DNA from: Myxococcota bacterium
GTDB taxonomy: Bacteria; Myxococcota_A; Bradymonadia; UBA7976; UBA1532
Reading direction: 5' to 3'
Assembly: GCA_036337435.1 (NCBI GenBank)
Contig: JAYZEG010000069.1
Span: forward strand, 1 to 64,000
Length of the DNA: 64,000 nucleotides
Each line of letters opens with the position of its first letter. Position 1 is the first letter of the stretch. The position numbers were made by a program, and so were the translations under genes. Shown piece by piece: positions 58,318-64,000 of the stretch. The notes under the pieces were generated by a model. That model saw only the letters and a program-made list of their open reading frames with translations. It searched no databases and had not been told where the DNA came from.

Positions 58318-59375
58318 GTCCTGACTCCGCGATTTCGTCGCTCGCTCAGTCGGCTCTCCAATAGGAGCAGTAGAAGTGCCGGGAAGAGGAAATATTGATA
58401 CTTTTCATTGTAGGTATGGCGCATCGATGCCTGCAGTGCTGACTTCTGGAGACTGTCTAGTTCCTCCACAACAGTGCTTAGCGTATCCTGTTGTCCGTCG
58501 AATTCGAAAACACGTCGCGCCTTTTTACTCTCTGGGTCCGACAGACTGGTCAGGGTGGTCAAGAGATCGATATTGAGCCGACTATAGACCGGCTTACCCG
58601 AACTATCTTTTTGATAACCGGCATGTGAGCCGTCATCGTTGACAACAGGGATTGGCTCGCCGACCCGCGTACCGACGGCAATGGAAAAGACTGTGATGCC
58701 TTCCTTTGCTGCTTTGCTGGCTGCTTTTTTTGCAGCTTCGCCTTGGTCGGTTGCCACATCTTCGCCGTCTGTAATCAGTAATAAGACCCGGCTTCGACTG
58801 CTTTTGTCACCGCGGTCTTGTTTGCCTGTAAGAAGCTTAATGCCTTCCTCTAAAGCCATAGCGAGGTTAGTCCCACCAACAGGCATTTGTGCCGGATCGA
58901 GGCTGTCCAAATAGAGTCGAACGGCACCTTGATCGGCTGTTAAAGGAGACTGTGTAAACGCGATCCCAGCGAAGGGGACCAGTGCAATTCGATCGCCCTT
59001 CAGCTCATCCATGAGTTGGCTCAGCAGCGTCCGCGCCGCATCGAGTCGCGATGGGTGAACATCTCTGGCCAGCATCGATTTACTGATGTCGAAGGCGATC
59101 GCAATGTCTACGCCGGTCTGACGTAGGGTCTGGGGACGCCGGCCGTACTGTGGTCTGAGGGCAGCCAACACGATCAGTGTCAGTGCTAAGACAAATAAGA
59201 GTTGCTTGACCAAGCGACGTTCAACGGACAAGGACGCGATGAGTTTTTGAATCAGTGGAACCGACCCGGCACGGCGCACGAGATTCCGCCTGACCGAATG
59301 ACCATAGGCAAACAGGGCGATGCTCAGAACGGGTATCACCATGAGCCACCATAATTCTCCTGAGCCCCAACGCAT
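58314..59375 (-). CDS. batB: BatB-like vWA membrane protein
   Basis: ALRPQYG, DISKSMLARDV.PSRL, FAG.AF...PLT.D, GGTN, ITDGED. Confidence 0.88.
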   Translation of the reverse strand: MRWGSGELWWLMVIPVLSIALFAYGHSVRRNLVRRAGSVPLIQKLIASLSVERRLVKQLLFVLALTLIVLAALRPQYGRRPQTLRQTGVDIAIAFDISKSMLARDVHPSRLDAARTLLSQLMDELKGDRIALVPFAGIAFTQSPLTADQGAVRLYLDSLDPAQMPVGGTNLAMALEEGIKLLTGKQDRGDKSSRSRVLLLITDGEDVATDQGEAAKKAASKAAKEGITVFSIAVGTRVGEPIPVVNDDGSHAGYQKDSSGKPVYSRLNIDLLTTLTSLSDPESKKARRVFEFDGQQDTLSTVVEELDSLQKSALQASMRHTYNEKYQYFLFPALLLLLLESRLSERRNRGVRT

Positions 59376-60433
59376 TATGGAAACCTCCTGAGGAGAGTCT
59401 GGGAGAGCAAAAGTTCAATGAACAGGAGACCAAGCGCAGGCCACAGGAAAAAATGAAATAGCTCCGTTTTCTCGGCAGCCGCATAATCGACCAGTCGTGA
59501 TTTTTCGAATTCGTCTAGGATGTCGACAAAGTCCTTAGCCAGAGAATCGGTATCCGCCGCCCGATAGAAACGGCCCGAGGTCGTCTTTGCAATCTCTTCC
59601 AAAAGGCTTGGGTTGACTTGAGATGCGACTTTTTCGTAACGCCGTTGACGTGTGAATAGATCGACCACTTCTGTGGGTCGCCAGGTTTGATCTTCGCTGC
59701 CCACAAGGATGGGAAAAACCTTTATTTTTCGTTCTGCTGCCAATTTAGCCATTTCATTTGGTGCGATCTTACTCCCATTGTCTTCGCCATCCGTAATCAG
59801 GATGATTAATTGAGTCGTCGCCGAGCTGTCTTTGAATCGTGCGACGCTCATGGCGAGTGCATTGCCGATCGCTGTGCCAGTTCCATCAATGTCGCCCAGC
59901 TTCATTTTGGATAAAATATTGAGCATAACCCCGTAATCGAGAGTGAGCGGGAACTGCAGGAAGGCGTCTTTGCCAAAAACAACGAGAGAGACTCGGTCAT
60001 ATTGTCGGGTCTTGACAAAGTTTCGCAAGACATCAACGGCACCGATGAAGCGATTGGCAGGCTCTTCGCCGGCGTTTTGAAGTGTGACCAATTTTTCCTC
60101 GCTGATGTCCACCTGTTCCATCGAGCCAGACATATCAAAAGCAACGACGATATCGATCCCCTCCACTTCGGCTGTTTCTGCTTCGGTCAGTTGAGGCCTC
60201 GCCAATGCAAGGAGTAGCCCGATGACAGCCGTGATTCGGAGGATGTAGGGTAGGTGGATCAGGTTTGCCCGAAGACCAGGTTTCAAGCCCTTGACCCTCA
60301 AATTTGCAGGGAAGGTCATGGACGCTTTGTTTCGCCAGCGCCTCAGCCAGCCGAAAATGGCGCCGAGGGCACTGATCAGGACCAGAGTCCACCAAAGGAT
60401 TTGCGCGAACAGCGGTGCGTCGGCAAAGGTCAT
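59375..60433 (-). CDS. batA: BatA-like vWA membrane protein
   Basis: ALARPQ, GIDI...DMSGSM, PLTLDY, GTAIGNAL, ITDGEDN, TSGRFYRA. Confidence 0.9.
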   Translation of the reverse strand: MTFADAPLFAQILWWTLVLISALGAIFGWLRRWRNKASMTFPANLRVKGLKPGLRANLIHLPYILRITAVIGLLLALARPQLTEAETAEVEGIDIVVAFDMSGSMEQVDISEEKLVTLQNAGEEPANRFIGAVDVLRNFVKTRQYDRVSLVVFGKDAFLQFPLTLDYGVMLNILSKMKLGDIDGTGTAIGNALAMSVARFKDSSATTQLIILITDGEDNGSKIAPNEMAKLAAERKIKVFPILVGSEDQTWRPTEVVDLFTRQRRYEKVASQVNPSLLEEIAKTTSGRFYRAADTDSLAKDFVDILDEFEKSRLVDYAAAEKTELFHFFLWPALGLLFIELLLSQTLLRRFP

Positions 60434-61548
60434 TGGATGGTGCCTCCGTCCCGTAGACCCATCTCTTCCATGGGCTCGGTCACGCCCTCACCCGGTTCAG
60501 CATCCCGTCGACGGGTTAATTCGATGAGTCCATGTGCCTGCTTTGTAATGATTTCAATCTCAACCATGTTGGGTTTCACATTGGCGAATTTCACGATATC
60601 TGTTTCGTACAAGAAATCGGTAAGTGCACGCTCCCGCTCGGGGCCCAAACGCTCTCGCGCAGCCCAAGTTCTGATCTCTTCACTCGTCATTTCGAGTCCG
60701 TTAATGCCGTAGCGTTTTTTCAGATAGGCCCGGATGATCTCGGAAATGCGCACATAATAATCTTCGAATCGGTCCTGTTCCGGCAATCGGTCTGCCTGAA
60801 GTATATCAAGTGATTCGTAGGCAATGATATGTGCGGGTCTGGGGTCAACCCATGGTGCAGGCTCGGCCTGTCGCGCCTTCAGCCAGCGATTGAGCCAAAT
60901 ACCCAGTAGGGTAAAAGCCCCCCCCCCGAAGAGCACCATTAGTGTAATCAAGAGTGGCCAGTTAGTGACCCGATAAGGCGTTGGTCCATGTGCATCGAAG
61001 AAACGCTCTTTTGCTTTGGTCGCATCTGCAGTATCGACATCTTGGCCTGGCCTATCATAGGTTCTCGGTTTTGGGTCCGTCACCCCGGTCATTAAGGACT
61101 GAACTGGGATTCTCAGACCAGGGACGGGGTGCTCGCCAACTCCACCATCGGCCTCTGTCCAGACGACGACCAGTTGTTGAATGTGAACCTTTTTCATGGA
61201 CTTGGGAATGACCTGAAAACGTCGAACGGATTTCAGCTGCCCATCACCATGGGCTTGCGCTGGTGAGGCCGCGAGTGGAGTAACGTCCGCAGGGCTCGTC
61301 ACCGTGAGCGTGACATCATCTCGATGGATGATGGTCATTTCGCAAACCACCGGTTGCCCGATGAGAACAGGATTTGGAAGGCACACCATCTTGACGGCCG
61401 GAGGGGGCCCCTTCGCCACCTTTTTTACCTCCGCCGGCACCTGAGCATCGCTTTGGTCTTGACCGACGCCCGGTAGGCCGCCGTCGGCTGCAAACCCCAT
61501 TGAGCTCTGAGCCAACATGACGAGGGTAAGAAACACAGCCTGCCTCAT
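60430..61548 (-). CDS. Bat-operon single-TM hypothetical protein
   Basis: Signal peptide; TM; P.H.IA...YY..ISEIIR.YL..RY....LEMT.EE....D.VKFA. Confidence 0.8.
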   Translation of the reverse strand: MRQAVFLTLVMLAQSSMGFAADGGLPGVGQDQSDAQVPAEVKKVAKGPPPAVKMVCLPNPVLIGQPVVCEMTIIHRDDVTLTVTSPADVTPLAASPAQAHGDGQLKSVRRFQVIPKSMKKVHIQQLVVVWTEADGGVGEHPVPGLRIPVQSLMTGVTDPKPRTYDRPGQDVDTADATKAKERFFDAHGPTPYRVTNWPLLITLMVLFGGGAFTLLGIWLNRWLKARQAEPAPWVDPRPAHIIAYESLDILQADRLPEQDRFEDYYVRISEIIRAYLKKRYGINGLEMTSEEIRTWAARERLGPERERALTDFLYETDIVKFANVKPNMVEIEIITKQAHGLIELTRRRDAEPGEGVTEPMEEMGLRDGGTIQ

Positions 61549-62429
61549 GCTCTCCTCGCTCTGATTCTGAAGTAGTTCACGAGCGGTGCCGCGTAGTCTT
61601 TGGCATCGGTTCTGACTTCGATTGGACTTAGTCCATAGCGATGGAATGTCTGATCCCGCTCAGCATTCGCCTTCGATTGTTTGCTTGCGAAGGCCTCTCT
61701 GACGCTGGAGCTGGCTGTATCAATGACGTGTCTTGTACCCGTTTCAGGATCCTCAAAAATGACCAATCCAAGCTGACTTATCACATCTTCCGCAGGGTCA
61801 ACGATACTCAGCGGAATGAGGTCGTGGCGCCGTGCAGTAATATGAAGCGCACGGTCGTATCCCTCGTCAAGAAAGTCAGAGATCAGAAAAATGACGGCTT
61901 TTCTCTTGTTCACCCGCCCGACGAATTCCAAGGCGTGATTGAGGTCGGTTCCGGCTCCCGACGGATCAAAACGAAGGATCTCATCGATGATCCGAAGGAC
62001 ATGTTTTCGGCCTTTTTTTGGGGGCACATAACATTCGACCTCATCCGTGAATGCGATCAGCCCCACTCGGTCGCCATTGCTGATGGCAGAAAAAGCCATC
62101 ATTGCCGCCAACCGCGCGGCGACGACTCGTTTTTCGTCCCGTACGGTGCCAAATGCCATAGAACCACTCATGTCCACCATGATCATGACGGTCAACTCTC
62201 GTTCTTCCACGTACGTTTTCACGTACGGGTCACCTGTACGGGCTGTGACGTTCCAATCGATGGTACGTGGATCGTCTCCGGGCTGGTATTCGCGCACTTC
62301 GTCGAATGACATACCTCTCCCCTTGAAGACGGAGTGGTAATGACCCGCCATTTGCTGGTTGACCAAGCGCCGAGTGATAATCTCGATGCGCCTAATCTCA
62401 GCAAGCAGTTCTCGTGATAATTGGCCCAT
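61545..62429 (-). CDS. DUF58 domain protein
   Basis: FKGRGMSFDEVREYQPGDD.R.IDWNVTAR, EERE, D.SGSM.FG, ISDF. Confidence 0.95.
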   Translation of the reverse strand: MGQLSRELLAEIRRIEIITRRLVNQQMAGHYHSVFKGRGMSFDEVREYQPGDDPRTIDWNVTARTGDPYVKTYVEERELTVMIMVDMSGSMAFGTVRDEKRVVAARLAAMMAFSAISNGDRVGLIAFTDEVECYVPPKKGRKHVLRIIDEILRFDPSGAGTDLNHALEFVGRVNKRKAVIFLISDFLDEGYDRALHITARRHDLIPLSIVDPAEDVISQLGLVIFEDPETGTRHVIDTASSSVREAFASKQSKANAERDQTFHRYGLSPIEVRTDAKDYAAPLVNYFRIRARRA

Positions 62430-62433
62430 CAGA

Positions 62434-63429
62434 TTAAGGAATTTCGACTACGTCCAAGACCTTTTCGATCAGGTCATCACTCGACAACTCTTCTGCTTCA
62501 GCCTCGTAAGTCGGGATCAGCCGATGCCTGAGAATATCCGGGGCGATCGCTTTGATATCTTCTGGTAAAACCGCTCCGCGGCCCCTAATGAAGGCATGCG
62601 CTTTTGCGGCTCTTGACAGCCAAATGCTTGCCCGAGGGCTGGCACCGACTTCGATAAACCGTGAAAAATCCGCGCCCAGCTCGGGTACGTTGGCTGGCTC
62701 TCGCGTCGCGAAAACAATGTCTAGAATATATTCTTTGGTGCGGTCATCGATGTAAATATCTCCGATGATCTTGCGCGCATTGGCAATCGTTTCTGGCGTG
62801 ATGATGGGGCGGATATCCAATGGGGCTGGGTCGAGCTGCCGATTGATAATCTCTCGTTCTTCGTCCTTGGTTGGATAGTCCACCTTGACGAGCATCATGA
62901 AGCGATCTACCTGCGCCTCTGGCAGTGGATACGTGCCTTCTTGGTCGATGGGATTCTGCGTCGCCATGACGATGAAGGGCTGTTGGAGCGGATACGTGGT
63001 ATCACCGATGGTAACTTGGCGCTCTTGCATGGCTTCCAGCAGTGCACTCTGAACCTTCGCAGGTGCTCTATTAATTTCATCGGCCAGGATAATATTGGCG
63101 AAGATAGGCCCCTTCTTTGGGGTGAATTCACCACTCTGGGGGTTATAAATGAGCGTCCCGATCAGATCAGCGGGCAGTAGGTCAGGCGTAAACTGAATCC
63201 GCTGAAAACTGGCATCAAGTGTGCGCGCGAGCGTGTTGACGGTCAACGTTTTGGCCAGTCCTGGAACACCCTCTAACAACACATGGCCGCCCGTCAAAAG
63301 ACCGAGCAAGACGCGCTCGACCATTTGTCGCTGACCAACAATGACTTTCTCCACTTCGTGCAGCACATCGCGCACAAAGGCACTCTCAGTACGAACTAAC
63401 TCTTGTACACCTCGGAAATCCGTTGCCAC
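62434..63429 (-). CDS. moxR: MoxR-family AAA+ ATPase
   Basis: EGVPGLAKT, RIQFTPDLLP.D, DEINRAPAKVQSALLEAMQE, ATQNP..QEGTYPLPEAQ.DRF. Confidence 0.97.
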   Translation of the reverse strand: MATDFRGVQELVRTESAFVRDVLHEVEKVIVGQRQMVERVLLGLLTGGHVLLEGVPGLAKTLTVNTLARTLDASFQRIQFTPDLLPADLIGTLIYNPQSGEFTPKKGPIFANIILADEINRAPAKVQSALLEAMQERQVTIGDTTYPLQQPFIVMATQNPIDQEGTYPLPEAQVDRFMMLVKVDYPTKDEEREIINRQLDPAPLDIRPIITPETIANARKIIGDIYIDDRTKEYILDIVFATREPANVPELGADFSRFIEVGASPRASIWLSRAAKAHAFIRGRGAVLPEDIKAIAPDILRHRLIPTYEAEAEELSSDDLIEKVLDVVEIP

Positions 63430-63559
63430 GAACCGCCTCCTTCATGATCATTTCAACGAAGCAAAATATGCAGAATAAAACGGATGTCAACGATCCCGTT
63501 GCTCTATCTATTCCCCGACCTTAAATTTTCTTCCATTTTAGTCACCCGATGAATGGGGT

Positions 63560-63588
63560 TTGACAAATGAGACCATATAGACCAGGAT
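63560..63588 (+). promoter_or_regulatory. Possible sigma-70 promoter
   Basis: Perfect TTGACA, 17-nt spacer, weak -10 (CAGGAT), upstream of the small ORF. Confidence 0.35.
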
Positions 63589-63621
63589 GCCGCGGCTCAC
63601 AGTTCATTGAAGGACGCTTTC

Positions 63622-63822
63622 ATGAAAATTACAGATGACTTGCTCATGGACACCCGACTGGTCAAGCGTAACATTGAAAATGGTTTGGTGACTCAGGATG
63701 CTTATGAAAAGCATCTCGCTGACTTGAAGGATCTCAAAGATGTCGCTGAAGTCATCGACGTTGAAATGTCAGACGTTGGTGTCGCCCACGCTGAAGCGAA
63801 GGACACTGGCGAGAACGATTGA
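63622..63822 (+). CDS. Small acidic hypothetical protein (66 aa)
   Basis: AAGGA RBS and ATG at 63622; D.R...RNI..G......YEKHL..L.D pattern that I recall from small deltaproteobacterial proteins. Confidence 0.75.
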   Translation: MKITDDLLMDTRLVKRNIENGLVTQDAYEKHLADLKDLKDVAEVIDVEMSDVGVAHAEAKDTGEND

Positions 63823-63923
63823 TCTTCAGCATCACGCGACGTTGAAACGATAGATCTTTGTTTCTCAGCGCGCTCAGGGGTATGATCGCCCCCAAGCAAA
63901 TTACGTTGTGTGAGACGGTGAAG

Positions 63924-64000
63924 ATGGCAGACGACAGAGATTCTCAGCGGGTGTTTTCGACCGATCCGGACGGTCAAACGCGTATAACCGACCGACCCAG
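63924..64000 (+). CDS. Partial ORF running off the window; N-terminus weakly resembles SUI1/YciH proteins
   Basis: MADDRDSQRVFSTDPDG... is open to the window end; only 25 codons are visible. Confidence 0.25.
   Translation, partial: MADDRDSQRVFSTDPDGQTRITDRP

Noticed and set aside
61641..62309. 222-aa plus-strand ORF
   Set aside because: Entirely antisense to the well-supported DUF58 gene.
1..64000. rRNA, tRNA, CRISPR array, transposase/integrase, prophage or recognisable defence island
   Set aside because: No such motifs or spaced direct repeats were seen; all intergenic gaps are under 500 bp and the only tandem repeats are coding. No covariance-model search was run, so small ncRNAs cannot be excluded.

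Overview
A gene-dense, mostly housekeeping window from a bacterium that is very probably Myxococcota or a related deltaproteobacterial lineage. This is inferred from two MYXO-CTERM-like C-termini, Cys-rich surface proteins and a PEGA-domain anti-sigma-like protein; no taxonomic search was run. I support about 42 CDSs, including hemB, rnd, a Fur-family regulator, a Ppx/GppA phosphatase, recD2, fadA/fadB, leuS, glk, ggt, hutF, putA, a partial aromatic-CoA catabolic cluster and a complete MoxR-DUF58-Bat operon. I found no rRNA, tRNA, CRISPR array, transposase or prophage by eye. The best candidate for an undescribed system is a tightly coupled four-gene envelope redox operon (19426-22025): a Tat-exported Rieske lipoprotein, a Cyc2-like monoheme cytochrome fused to a beta-barrel, a YceI polyisoprenoid binder and a small 2-TM protein. 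Also notable are a consensus sigma-54 promoter with a structured, uORF-containing leader upstream of an ECF sigma/anti-sigma pair, two apparent pseudo-enzymes and several unusual surface-protein architectures. All domain calls come from motif reading only.
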